64,000 nucleotides of DNA from a virus. Its lineage: Duplodnaviria > Caudoviricetes. Below the pieces are notes generated by a model. The model saw nothing but the letters and a program-made list of their open reading frames with translations. It was not told the origin of the DNA and ran no database searches. Positions within the stretch are counted from its first letter, which is position 1. Each line of letters starts with the position of its first letter. The stretch spans positions 96,001 through 160,000 of IMG/VR virus record IMGVR_UViG_3300014204_013734; one strand, given 5' to 3'. Shown here one piece after another: positions 8,712-18,988 of the stretch. Both the position numbers and the translations under genes were made by a program.

Positions 8712-11700
8712 ATGATTTTTTCCCAGTCTGCCGATGACCGGAAGGTGCGTCAGTTTTCTCTCAGCCCGACATTTATTGAACAATTCCGAGGAAAGCAGCC
8801 TGAATGGGGATTCGGGGGTTTGGGTTATTTCACGTATAAGCGCACGTATGCCCGTGCTCTTCCTGAAGGTGGGACGGAGGAATTTTGGCAAACGGTGCAG
8901 CGGGTCGTTGAAGGTTGTTTCAACATCCAGAAGATTCATTGCAGGCAAATGGGACTTCCTTGGAAGGAAGACAAGGCTCAGAATTCCGCCCAGGATATGT
9001 TCCACCGTATTTGGGACTTCAAGTTCACGCCTCCAGGACGTGGTTTGTGGACCATGGGTACGGACCTCGTTTACGAACGAGGGGCAGCCTCACTTATGAA
9101 CTGTTTCGCTGGAGAAACAGAAATCATCACAGCCGACGGCACGAAGCCGATTGGAAGTCTGGTAGGTACAGTCCAGAATTTACTTACCAGAGGGGGGGAG
9201 TGGGTCGATGCTCCGATCCGGTCCTTTGGGGTTCAAAAGTTGTGGCGTCTTGTCCTGACACGTCAAGGGGTGAAGAAAACCTTGTTTGTTACGGGCGATC
9301 ACAGATGGTTTTGTAGGGACCGTAGGAATGCGAATCGGAACCGTGGTTTTTTGGAATTCAGGACTTCGGAACTGCGCCCTGGGGTTCACCATCTCCAATA
9401 CATCTTCGGGCAGGGTGTGAAGCGTGTGAAACCTTCTCCGTTCGGTGTGGCCCATGGATTTACTTTTGGGGATGGGACATGCCAGAGGAACCGAAATGCA
9501 GGTGCCGTGTACATGTTTGGGGAGAAGGATGCCGCACTGAAACCTTACTTTTCGTTATGCCCTCCTCACGAAATCAAAAATGGGGCTGGATTTGGGGCGT
9601 TGCCTAATTTCTTCAAGGATCGTCCTTCCTTACGGGAAACAAAAGCCTATTTGCTTGGGTGGCTTATGGGATATTTTGCTGCCGACGGGTCAGTAGAAAA
9701 AGCTGGCCAGACGGTTCTTTCCAGTGCCGACCGGGGAAACATCGAATTCATTCGGGACGTGTGTGTTGCCCTCGGAATCGGCATTTATTCAATAGGGAAG
9801 AATTCTTGCATATCCAACCTAACAGGTAAACCACATGTCATGTATCGTTTGGCACTGATGCGGAACACCCTACCAGAAGATTTTTTCCTCATTGACGAAC
9901 ACCGAAACAATTTCCTTAAAAATGGCGGGGGGGATGTTCTTCAGAGAAAGTGGACAGTTCTTTCGGTTGAAGAAACCGACAGGGAAGAAGAAGTTTTCTG
10001 TGCCGTTGTGGAGGGCAAAGGTGCTTTTGCGTTGGATGGAAATATCCTGACTGGAAATTGTTCCTTCATCTCCTCGGAAAATTTGGCGGACGATTTTTCG
10101 TCTCCTTTCTGTTTCCTGATGGACATGTCAATGCTCGGAGTTGGGGTCGGAGGAGATACCCGAGGAGCCGGAAAGGTGAAGCTGTGTCCTCCGAAAATAA
10201 CGGACCAACCGTTCGTTGTTGAAGACAGTCGAGAAGGTTGGGTCAACCTTCTTCGCATGGTTCTGAATTCCTTTGTAGGTAAGGCTTCTTTCCCGACGGT
10301 TATTGATTATTCCGGGGTCCGGGGCCGTGGGGTGCCGATCAAAACATTCGGGGGGGTAGCTTCCGGTCCGAAGCCCCTTCATGTCATGGTTGAAAGTATC
10401 ACTAGGTTGCTCCTTCCCAAAGGCATGACGGTTTCGTTTCACGTGGAACAGGATGAAACGGCAGGTAAGATTTTCAAGGTCGGTGTAGTAATGGAAGGTT
10501 CCGGCGAACCTTACAAAATCACGTCATCAATCATTGTTGACATCTTCAACATGATCGGCAAATGTGTTGTATCCGGAGGAATTCGACGTACCGCAGAAAT
10601 CCTATTCGGGGAACCTGACGACCAGGAATTCATCGCTTTGAAACAGGATCAGGAAGCTTTGAATTCCCACAGGTGGGCTTCCAACAATTCCATCTTTGCC
10701 AAGGTCGGGATGGATTATTCTTCCGTGATGGATTCCGTGGCAGTGAATGGAGAACCGGGCCTTTGCTGGTTGGACAACATGCGACGGTACGGGCGCATGA
10801 TGGACCCCCCGAATGACAAGGACCGTAAGGCCATGGGGGCAAACCCGTGTTTTTCGGGGGATACTTTGATCGCCGTTGCCGACGGACGTGGGTCGGTTCC
10901 TATCCGCACCCTTGCTGAAAACGGGAATGATATTCCCGTTTATGCTGTTGACAGAAAAACCGGCAAGGTTGACATCAAGTGGGGTCGTAATCCCCACAGG
11001 ACTCGGGAATCCAGTCCATTGGTTGAAGTTTTGTTTGAAGACGGCGGTTCCTTGAGGGTGACGCCTGACCATGGGATGCTGCTTTTGGATGGAACCAAAG
11101 TGCATGCCGAAGACTTGAAACCGGGGGACAGTCTGCCCAGGTTCATGAAGCGGAAGGAAAAGATTTCCAAGGCCAATCTGAGTGATTACTGGCAAGTATG
11201 TACAGACACCAGGGACGCGAAAAGCAAGGCCATGGAACACAGGCTTGTGGCCCGCTTCAATGACCCTGAAGCGTGGGATCGTCTGTACAACCAACAAAAG
11301 ACAAACGGTTGGATTAAGGGAGGAGTTGTCGTACACCACGAGGACTTCAACTCTTTGAACAATGCCCCAGAAAACCTTTCCATCATGACTTTCAGGAATC
11401 ATCGGGCACTTCATGCCAGAAGTCTTGTGGGAAACAAGAATCCCATGTGGGGGAAGGTGCATTCGGAAGAAGCGTGCCGTAAGATCGGGGACAAGACGTT
11501 GGAACGGTGTTCTGATCCTGTTTTCCTGGCCAAGTTGTCCGCTTCACATACGGAAGTGGAACGGGAAGCTTTGTCAAATAGGCTTTCGGAACAACAGCAA
11601 CAGAACTTGTTGGAATACTGGAAAGACCAAGCATCCAAGACGGATCTGGATACGGTTTGGGTAGAGGGTCGGTTGCATGCCGTCAAAAAGTGTGAAACCT

Positions 11701-14700
11701 GTGGGGAAGAATTTGTAGTCCCGTGGGGAAAGCGTGGCAGGTGTTATTGTTCCATTGCCTGTACGAACGAAATGTTGGCGTCCCTTCCTGTCCGCAAAGA
11801 AGCGCAACGTGTTGTATTTGAAGACATGCAGCATCAGACGTTGCATGATCAGGTCATGATCCACAAGGATTTGATTCAAACGTTGGGGCGAAAGCCACTG
11901 AAGAAGGAATGGGAAGCGGCATGCAAAGTACGTGGCGTGCCTTGTCGGATACGATTTGGGGAAGCCGGCAAATCCGCTTCTAACCCGTGGGTAGTGAAGT
12001 CTTGGGCCGAGCTGGAATCCCGTTCGGCAACTTACAATCACCGTGTCAAGGAAGTTCGCAAGGTTGAAGGTGAAGAACCTGTGTACAACCTGACTGTGGA
12101 TGATTATCATACCGTGGCGGTGATTACCGAAAGCGAGAGGGGCGGTGTAGTTTCAGGTGTCTTCACTGCACAGTGCTTGGAACAGACTCTTTTTGATCGG
12201 GAATGCTGCTGCCTTGTTGAAACGTATCCGGCGCATCATGATACCTACGAAGACTTTCAGAAGACGTTGAAGCAGGCGTATCTTTACGCCAAAACCGTCA
12301 CGTTGGTTCCGACCCACGACCTTCGGGCGAACGCCGTCATGATGAAGAACCGCAGGATTGGTTGTTCCATGAGCGGGATTACGCAAGCCATTGCCAAATT
12401 TGGGCGCCGGGAATTTCTGAACTGGTGTGATAAGGGTTATGGTTACATCCAGGAACTTGATCGCACCTATTCCGATTGGTTAGGGATTCCCTTGTCAATC
12501 AAGACAACCAGTGTGAAACCGTCAGGTTGTCGTCCATGGTATGCCCTTACCTGTACCAACCGGGGTATTTTGACGTTGGAAGAACTGTTCAAGGATCATC
12601 CTGAAGGTAAGGATTGGGCCAATCTTGTTGACAAAACCGTAGCTGACGGGTCGGGGCAGATTATCAAAACATACGTCAACGGAACGGTTCCTGTCAACCG
12701 AATTACGTTGTCCTATCACTTGGTATTGGAATCTACGTTGAACCATAGGTGGAGAGTTATTGGGAAGGAATTGGCTAACCCACGCAAAATAGACGGTGTG
12801 TCTTCCCGTTTCTTGAAGTTTCCTACTCCTGAATGGGTAGAAACGAAGGATTTGCTTCCCGGACATGTTCTAGATGTTCTTCCTGGGGTGTACAAACATT
12901 CTGAAATGCAACGGACGCTTTCTCCTTTATCTTCTATTGCTCTCAAGATGAGAGGGGACGCCGACGAAATCCGGCAACCTGAAACTATGACACCGGATTT
13001 GGCGTGGATGTTGGGTTATATGTGGGGTGATGGGGCTATGTCGCCTAGTAAATGGCGGCTCCGGTGGACAGATGGCATCCGTGAAAATCTGGATAAGTTG
13101 GTCCGTCTCTTTCAGGATATCTTCGGAATATCTGCTTCAATCAATCCGATCAGCAGCGAAAATGCGTCAACGGTAGAAGTTGGCTCTAAAATGCTGTGGC
13201 ATTGGTTGATCAAGAACGGGGTTTTCAAGTATGATGCTGATCAGTTGGATTTGATCCCTGAAGTCGTTCGGGGTTCGGGTTGCGAATCCATTATCGCTTT
13301 CGTGGCTGGTTTGTTGGATGCAGACGGTTCGGCAGGTCTTTCAGGCAAATGGGGCAAGGCGGTTGTCACTACGGCTGACGAGCGGTTTGCTCGGCACCTG
13401 CAAGATGTTTGTTGGGCGGTTGGCCTGTGTTTTGGGAGAAGTCATCAAACACAAGGTTCCGGTTTCCAGAAGAAAAAGAGTATGTGGCATCTGACATCTT
13501 CGGCGGTGATGAATTCGGAAGCTTTTGATTTGCTGGTTCGCCATTCAGTTAAGGCTAGTATTTACGCTGCGTCTGAAGGTTTTCCTGGATGGCTTCATAA
13601 CCATGCGGTTAGATCCTTGCGTGTTGGAAAGGTGTTGTCCAACGAACCTGTCGGGGAAATGCCAACTTTTGACGTAGAAGTAGCGAAAGAACATTGGTAT
13701 TATGCTGGAGCAGTCCCGAGTCATAACACCGTCAGTCTGTTGTGTGGGGCCACTCCCGGTATTCACTATCCCCATTCCGAATACTACATTCGGCATGTAC
13801 GGGTCGCAAACACCAGCCCACTTGTTGAAGCTGCCCGGAAAGCAGGTTATGAAGTCTATGCCGATGTTTACGCCGGTGACACTTCGGTCGTTGCCTTTCC
13901 GGTAGCAGAAAAGAACTACCTCAAAGGTAAGGACCAAGTCACGGTTTGGGAACAGTTTGCTAATGCCGTCGACATGCAGCGGCATTGGGCCGATAACCAG
14001 GTATCCTGTTTGACGGGAGATACCCTTATCCGTACTAATTCCGGTTTTCGTAGGATGTCGGACATCCCTTCATTGTTGGGGTTACCTTCAGTTCCAGGCA
14101 CTTATCCATGCAATGTTCCCTTCCAAGTGTTGAACACCGACAACGGTTGGAGTTCCGTGTCAGCAATCCTTATCAACCCTGCAAAACCACTTGTGGAGAT
14201 AGAGATGGAAGGGTTGTTGACGGTGAAAGGAACCCCTGACCATCGTATGAGGGTTTTGGGGGAATCTCTTGAGTTGGAATGGCGAAATCTGTCGGATATC
14301 AAGAAGGGGGATTATTTGGTTGAATTTTTGAATTCCCCTTCTTGTCCTGACAGTAAGTCTTTGCTTGATTTTCGGTTGAAGAGTTTCTGTCATGTGGATC
14401 GGACTTCTTCTAATCGGGATTTGTTTGTTCCGGTTACTATGACGGAAGCTCTGGCGGAATTGTTGGGATATATGGTATCCGATGGTCATTTGGTTCGGGA
14501 CTGTGGTTCCTTCGGTTTGACGCAAAGGGCTAACAATGTTGTTCCGAAGTTCAAGGGTTTCATCAAGAATCTCTTTGGACTTGATCTTAAAGAAACCTTG
14601 GATGTTCGGGCTCCTTCGGGGGATCTGTTGATTGTGAATGGCTCTAGTGTCAAAATTCACCGCTGGTTTGAATGGGTAGGGCTTTATGACGCTGAGTTAC

Positions 14701-15638
14701 AGAAAAGGGTCCCTTGGCCTATTTCAATGTCCAGTGGAAAAATGTTGAAAGCGTTTCTTCGCGGGATCACTTTGGATGGGCATGTGAGCAAACGGAATGG
14801 ACGCATTATTGTGATGACTACCGAATCATTCCGTTTGGCGGAAGAGCTAGTAGATGTTTTGAGGTTGCTGGGATTCCAGGCATTGATCACGTCAAATCAG
14901 AAGGAAGGTAAAGTACGGGTTTTCAAGTCATTTGGAAAACCGTACATTACGTCTAATACGTGGTGTGTTTCGCTATCCCCCGAACAATCAAACAGGTTTT
15001 TCCGCATGGTTGGGTTTGCGGAAGACAGAAAGATGGAAACTTACCATAAGTTTGGGGATAAGAAGCGGAGAAGTCTTTTCGGTTGTGTTCCGGATAAAGG
15101 ACTTCGGCAAATGATGCGGGAACTTTCGCATCGGTGCAAGAGTTCTTTTATGAAGGACCATTTTCATAGCCATTCCTGTCATTTTGGAAAGGCTGTGTCT
15201 AGGCAGACGTTACTGCAAATGTCTGATATGGGTGTTCAGATTCCGAGTCATTTGATTGATCCTTCTTTCACATTCAGGGTCGTGAAAGAAGTTCAGTTTT
15301 GCAATCCGGAACCTACTTACGACATGACCGTTGACGACGGGCATAGTTATGTTGCAAATGGGTTTGGTGCACACAACTGTACTATCACTTTCCGTCCCGA
15401 AGAAGTGAATGACGCCAAGACATGCTTGGAAACGTTTGACGACCAGTTGAAGGGGGTTTCCCTTTTACCTATGATGGATACGGACCACGGTTACGCTTAT
15501 CCGCCCTATGTCGCGATCAGTCGGGAACAGTATGATGAAATGACCAAGAAACTCCGACCGATTGAATTGGGGGCTTCTATCCATGAAGTTACGGAAGTTT
15601 TCTGCACCAATGACACGTGTGAACTGAAAAAACTCTGA
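8712..15638 (+). CDS. nrdJ: Class II (adenosylcobalamin-dependent, monomeric-type) ribonucleotide reductase with four inteins; about 690 aa after splicing
   Basis: YKRTYAR, PPGRGLW, LMN/C, VVSGGIRRTAEI, GEPG, GANP/CLEQ, NRRIG, TSVKPSG/TVSLL, WADNQVS/CTITF, C-terminal FCTNDTC. Confidence 0.95.
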   Translation: MIFSQSADDRKVRQFSLSPTFIEQFRGKQPEWGFGGLGYFTYKRTYARALPEGGTEEFWQTVQRVVEGCFNIQKIHCRQMGLPWKEDKAQNSAQDMFHRIWDFKFTPPGRGLWTMGTDLVYERGAASLMNCFAGETEIITADGTKPIGSLVGTVQNLLTRGGEWVDAPIRSFGVQKLWRLVLTRQGVKKTLFVTGDHRWFCRDRRNANRNRGFLEFRTSELRPGVHHLQYIFGQGVKRVKPSPFGVAHGFTFGDGTCQRNRNAGAVYMFGEKDAALKPYFSLCPPHEIKNGAGFGALPNFFKDRPSLRETKAYLLGWLMGYFAADGSVEKAGQTVLSSADRGNIEFIRDVCVALGIGIYSIGKNSCISNLTGKPHVMYRLALMRNTLPEDFFLIDEHRNNFLKNGGGDVLQRKWTVLSVEETDREEEVFCAVVEGKGAFALDGNILTGNCSFISSENLADDFSSPFCFLMDMSMLGVGVGGDTRGAGKVKLCPPKITDQPFVVEDSREGWVNLLRMVLNSFVGKASFPTVIDYSGVRGRGVPIKTFGGVASGPKPLHVMVESITRLLLPKGMTVSFHVEQDETAGKIFKVGVVMEGSGEPYKITSSIIVDIFNMIGKCVVSGGIRRTAEILFGEPDDQEFIALKQDQEALNSHRWASNNSIFAKVGMDYSSVMDSVAVNGEPGLCWLDNMRRYGRMMDPPNDKDRKAMGANPCFSGDTLIAVADGRGSVPIRTLAENGNDIPVYAVDRKTGKVDIKWGRNPHRTRESSPLVEVLFEDGGSLRVTPDHGMLLLDGTKVHAEDLKPGDSLPRFMKRKEKISKANLSDYWQVCTDTRDAKSKAMEHRLVARFNDPEAWDRLYNQQKTNGWIKGGVVVHHEDFNSLNNAPENLSIMTFRNHRALHARSLVGNKNPMWGKVHSEEACRKIGDKTLERCSDPVFLAKLSASHTEVEREALSNRLSEQQQQNLLEYWKDQASKTDLDTVWVEGRLHAVKKCETCGEEFVVPWGKRGRCYCSIACTNEMLASLPVRKEAQRVVFEDMQHQTLHDQVMIHKDLIQTLGRKPLKKEWEAACKVRGVPCRIRFGEAGKSASNPWVVKSWAELESRSATYNHRVKEVRKVEGEEPVYNLTVDDYHTVAVITESERGGVVSGVFTAQCLEQTLFDRECCCLVETYPAHHDTYEDFQKTLKQAYLYAKTVTLVPTHDLRANAVMMKNRRIGCSMSGITQAIAKFGRREFLNWCDKGYGYIQELDRTYSDWLGIPLSIKTTSVKPSGCRPWYALTCTNRGILTLEELFKDHPEGKDWANLVDKTVADGSGQIIKTYVNGTVPVNRITLSYHLVLESTLNHRWRVIGKELANPRKIDGVSSRFLKFPTPEWVETKDLLPGHVLDVLPGVYKHSEMQRTLSPLSSIALKMRGDADEIRQPETMTPDLAWMLGYMWGDGAMSPSKWRLRWTDGIRENLDKLVRLFQDIFGISASINPISSENASTVEVGSKMLWHWLIKNGVFKYDADQLDLIPEVVRGSGCESIIAFVAGLLDADGSAGLSGKWGKAVVTTADERFARHLQDVCWAVGLCFGRSHQTQGSGFQKKKSMWHLTSSAVMNSEAFDLLVRHSVKASIYAASEGFPGWLHNHAVRSLRVGKVLSNEPVGEMPTFDVEVAKEHWYYAGAVPSHNTVSLLCGATPGIHYPHSEYYIRHVRVANTSPLVEAARKAGYEVYADVYAGDTSVVAFPVAEKNYLKGKDQVTVWEQFANAVDMQRHWADNQVSCLTGDTLIRTNSGFRRMSDIPSLLGLPSVPGTYPCNVPFQVLNTDNGWSSVSAILINPAKPLVEIEMEGLLTVKGTPDHRMRVLGESLELEWRNLSDIKKGDYLVEFLNSPSCPDSKSLLDFRLKSFCHVDRTSSNRDLFVPVTMTEALAELLGYMVSDGHLVRDCGSFGLTQRANNVVPKFKGFIKNLFGLDLKETLDVRAPSGDLLIVNGSSVKIHRWFEWVGLYDAELQKRVPWPISMSSGKMLKAFLRGITLDGHVSKRNGRIIVMTTESFRLAEELVDVLRLLGFQALITSNQKEGKVRVFKSFGKPYITSNTWCVSLSPEQSNRFFRMVGFAEDRKMETYHKFGDKKRRSLFGCVPDKGLRQMMRELSHRCKSSFMKDHFHSHSCHFGKAVSRQTLLQMSDMGVQIPSHLIDPSFTFRVVKEVQFCNPEPTYDMTVDDGHSYVANGFGAHNCTITFRPEEVNDAKTCLETFDDQLKGVSLLPMMDTDHGYAYPPYVAISREQYDEMTKKLRPIELGASIHEVTEVFCTNDTCELKKL
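9102..10058 (+). mobile_element. RNR intein 1 (319 aa, LAGLIDADG)
   Basis: Starts CFAGET; TGDH block B; GFTFGDG and GYFAADG motifs; ends ILTGN before Cys. Confidence 0.9.
10848..12173 (+). mobile_element. RNR intein 2 (442 aa, HNH endonuclease, C-terminal Gln)
   Basis: Starts CFSGDT; TPDH block B; VHHEDFNSLNNAPENL HNH; VYNLTVDDYH block F; ends VFTAQ before the Cys of NPCLEQ. Confidence 0.9.
12528..13727 (+). mobile_element. RNR intein 3 (400 aa, LAGLIDADG)
   Basis: Starts CRPWYAL; TLNH; LGYMWGDG and VAGLLDADG; ends VPSHN before Thr. Confidence 0.9.
14007..15377 (+). mobile_element. RNR intein 4 (457 aa, LAGLIDADG)
   Basis: Starts CLTGDT; TPDH; LGYMVSDG and LRGITLDG; ends FGAHN before Cys. 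Confidence 0.9.
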
Positions 15639-15680
15639 TTATTTTGATTCCGGGTTCCATGTTTTCGGGTAAGTGACGAC

Positions 15681-16211
15681 ATGGAACCTGGAATTAAAAC
15701 GGAAATCTTGACAGGGATTTTTTGGAAGCGGGACGGGAAGTCCTTGTTTGTGTCCCCCGAAGAGGACGGCAGAGACCCCGTAGAAGTTTCCGTCGTTCTT
15801 GAACCCTTCTTGGATTCCAAAATTCAGATTGCCCTTCACCACTGGCCGAGTGCCCCGCAACTTGGTTTGTGGGGCGGGGGTTGTTGTTTGTGGCAGTCCC
15901 ACGGTAAATGTCCGGCCGGTCATCACGACAATCCTGCTTTTCTATTGAATGTTGGTGGGAAAGGTTTCCTTCGCCGAGCTGGTGATTCCTGGTGGGTAGA
16001 GCTAGAAGGCGGAACTGTTGAACCGCTTCCTTTGGAATTGATGGATGGACACAGGGGTCGGTTGACCGTTGTCACGTTGGTTGACATGGAAGAATTTCAC
16101 AAGGGATTTTCATCCGAGGATGCCCTCACACAGACTGCAATCTTAGGGTCGCAATTACAGGATATCAAAGCATTGTTGGATCGTTTCAAAGTGTCTTTGA
16201 AGGAGGGCTGA
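15681..16211 (+). CDS. Hypothetical protein (Cys/His cluster)
   Basis: ORF abutting recD2; GCCLW...CPAGHH. Confidence 0.7.
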   Translation: MEPGIKTEILTGIFWKRDGKSLFVSPEEDGRDPVEVSVVLEPFLDSKIQIALHHWPSAPQLGLWGGGCCLWQSHGKCPAGHHDNPAFLLNVGGKGFLRRAGDSWWVELEGGTVEPLPLELMDGHRGRLTVVTLVDMEEFHKGFSSEDALTQTAILGSQLQDIKALLDRFKVSLKEG

Positions 16212-18533
16212 GTGTATTTTTCTGGCCGTGTCCATTCTATTACGTTTGAAGATCCTTCGCAGGGTTTTTACATCCTTCGTATGGTTCTTGACAACGGGGC
16301 AGGTTTGGCGGTAGTTCGGGGTTATGTTTCCGGTTTGGGAATACAAATCGGGACTTGGTTTGGATTTGATGCTGATTGGGTCACCCACAAGGAATATGGC
16401 AGGCAGTTGGCTATCAAAAAGGCTCCTATTTTTAAGGGTCTTTGGGATGCAGACACGGTAGTTCAGATCCTTTCCAGCAATGGGGTTGGCGGGTTGGTTT
16501 TGGATCAGCTTCGTAAAGGGGCTGACGGTGATGACGCGTTCGTCAAAATGCTTGATGACGTCCAATCCATGGGGAAGATACTTAATGATGTTTCCATTGC
16601 TCAGCATGTTGCTGAACAGTGGCGGTTTGTAAGGGTTTATTTTCAATCCATCATGTTTCTCGGGGATTTGGGGCTTCCTGCCGGGCGTATCCGGCAGGTT
16701 TGGGCTATGTTCGGGGATGAAGCACAGCAGGTATTAAGTGTCAATCCTTGGGCATTGGTCCGGGTAGAAGGTATCACATTTGAACAGGCGGACGAAATTG
16801 CTTCCAGATTAGGTTTAGACCCTAGTAATCCTGAGAGGATTAAAGGGGCTGTCTTTTATGCTTGTCGGAACAGTTTGAATTTCGGTCATCTTTTCCTTAC
16901 TGCAACCCAGGTGCAGGCTGATGTTATTTCCCGTATTCCGGATGTGGATTCGCAAGCAATAGCTGTTGCGTTGTCTGAACTCCACAAAGCAGGTTTGTTG
17001 GTAGTAGACCGTTCTACTAGGCCTGGGATGACCGCAGTCTACGACCCCAAGGCATTGGATATTGAAAAAGGGGCATCCAATCTGTTGGGGGTGCGTGTAA
17101 TTAAGGCAGCTTTTGTTAAGAAAACCGGCATTGATCCGGTACCTTATATCAAGGCGTTGGCATCGGTTGGGCCAGCAACTGCTTTGGAAGCGGGAAGGAA
17201 ACGCCCAAATCTTCGGAAAGTTGTAGAAGCCGCCGTTCGGGATTGGGCTAGTTCTGAAAAGTTGGAATTGGAACCGGATCAGAAGGTAGGTGTCGTTAAT
17301 GCCCTTTTAGAACCCGTATCTATTTTGACAGGGTTGCCCGGTACGGGGAAGACTTTGTCAATGCGGGCTGTTGTTCGGATTCTTCAGGAGGCCGGGATCC
17401 CATTTCTCCTTTGTGCTCCTACGGGTATTGCCGCTAAGAACATTGCTTCTGTGACTGGCGCAAACGCTTACACTATCCACAGGGCATTTGCTGCCCGTGG
17501 TTCTTCGGACAACCATCGAGAATCTACTTATGCCGGTATTGTTGGTGAATCCGAATCTGGAGTTGGGGGATTTGATGAATCTGGATCGTGGGGGTACGGA
17601 GATGGAAATACACATCCTGCTCAGGTAGTCGTTATTGACGAATGTTCAATGTTAGATGGTCACTTGATTTGGAGAATGTTGACTTGTACATCTGAACATT
17701 GCCGTGTCGTCTTTGTTGGTGATGCTGCACAGCTTCCTTCTGTGGGTCCTGGTAACGTTCTCCGGGATTTGATTGCGTCAGGAAGATTTCCGACGGTTAA
17801 CCTTCAGAAGATTTTTCGTCAGAAAGATACTAGTGCTATTATTTATGCAGCACACGCCATTTTCCGTGGTGCTATTCCTGATTGTGAACCCCCATCTGAT
17901 TTTTCCTTGGTTCAGATGCCTAATGAGGAAGGTGTTTTGAATCTCATCCTCCAACTTTCCAAAAAACTGTATGATTCCAGACATAATTTTCAGATATTGT
18001 CACCAAGGCACCAGGGTGTAGTTGGTGTCACTAACCTGAACATTCGGTTGCGTGAATTGTTGAATCCTTGCAAACCAGGGCTTCAGGAAATACGCTTTGG
18101 CGAGGAAACGGTTCGGGAAGATGATCGCATTATGGTCGTAAAGAACGACTACAAGTTGGGGGTATATAACGGAGATGTAGGTAAGATTTCAAAGATCAAC
18201 CGACGGTTGAAGGAAGTAGAATTGAAGATTTTCGGGCCTTCCCCTCTTTACATAAGGGTTCCCTTCAAGGATGTAGGAAAATTGGTTAGATTGTCGTATG
18301 CTTGTACTATTCACAAATGCCAGGGCCTTAGCTATGACATCATTGCTATGCCTTTGGTGGAAGGTTTCCGGCAGCAGCTTCAACGCAACCTGCTTTATAC
18401 GGCTGTGACACGGGCGAGGAAAAAAGTGATTTTGGTTGGGACTATGGGTGCATTGGCGACTGCCGTAGCTAATGATAGGGAGGATCTCCGTAACACGCTT
18501 TTCCGAGACAGACTTGTGAAGGATTTCGGGTAA
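16212..18533 (+). CDS. recD2: RecD2-like SF1B helicase
   Basis: N-terminal OB/HhH region (NPWALVRVEGITFEQAD); GLPGTGKT; CAPTGIAA; IDECSM; GDAAQLPSVGPG; YACTIHKCQG; RNLLYTAVTRA. Confidence 0.95.
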   Translation: MYFSGRVHSITFEDPSQGFYILRMVLDNGAGLAVVRGYVSGLGIQIGTWFGFDADWVTHKEYGRQLAIKKAPIFKGLWDADTVVQILSSNGVGGLVLDQLRKGADGDDAFVKMLDDVQSMGKILNDVSIAQHVAEQWRFVRVYFQSIMFLGDLGLPAGRIRQVWAMFGDEAQQVLSVNPWALVRVEGITFEQADEIASRLGLDPSNPERIKGAVFYACRNSLNFGHLFLTATQVQADVISRIPDVDSQAIAVALSELHKAGLLVVDRSTRPGMTAVYDPKALDIEKGASNLLGVRVIKAAFVKKTGIDPVPYIKALASVGPATALEAGRKRPNLRKVVEAAVRDWASSEKLELEPDQKVGVVNALLEPVSILTGLPGTGKTLSMRAVVRILQEAGIPFLLCAPTGIAAKNIASVTGANAYTIHRAFAARGSSDNHRESTYAGIVGESESGVGGFDESGSWGYGDGNTHPAQVVVIDECSMLDGHLIWRMLTCTSEHCRVVFVGDAAQLPSVGPGNVLRDLIASGRFPTVNLQKIFRQKDTSAIIYAAHAIFRGAIPDCEPPSDFSLVQMPNEEGVLNLILQLSKKLYDSRHNFQILSPRHQGVVGVTNLNIRLRELLNPCKPGLQEIRFGEETVREDDRIMVVKNDYKLGVYNGDVGKISKINRRLKEVELKIFGPSPLYIRVPFKDVGKLVRLSYACTIHKCQGLSYDIIAMPLVEGFRQQLQRNLLYTAVTRARKKVILVGTMGALATAVANDREDLRNTLFRDRLVKDFG

Positions 18534-18574
18534 AGGAAAGTGTGTTGTTTCTAACCGCTAAGGAGGCTGGAAAG

Positions 18575-18988
18575 ATGGATGAAAGCAAGAAGGAAAAGTT
18601 GACACGTGCAGTACAGAACGTGAAGGATCACCTTCGTATCACGAAGGTGGTTTGTACCAGAACCGTTAAAGGCCCCAGAGGGGATCACTATGTTGGTTTT
18701 GCAGGGGCGTGGGATTCCATTCAAGATGATGCCGGAGGGGCTTCTGAACTGATTGGCATCTTGGATGCAGAGGGTAAGGCAACGGGTTGTCATCAGCAAG
18801 GTATGACCTTGAAGGAAGCAAAATTAGCATCTTTGATTCTTGGTCTTCAGGCTGATATTGCTGCTCACGACAATGCAGTTGCTGGGGGGAATCTTTCCAT
18901 TCCAAACCACGAAGAAGCAGTTAAAACCATTCGTCACAACTATTCCCGGTTATTGGCGGATTTGCTTGGTGAAGATGGGGATGTCTAA
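18575..18988 (+). CDS. Hypothetical protein
   Basis: AGGAGG SD before ATG 18575; coupled to next gene. Confidence 0.7.
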   Translation: MDESKKEKLTRAVQNVKDHLRITKVVCTRTVKGPRGDHYVGFAGAWDSIQDDAGGASELIGILDAEGKATGCHQQGMTLKEAKLASLILGLQADIAAHDNAVAGGNLSIPNHEEAVKTIRHNYSRLLADLLGEDGDV

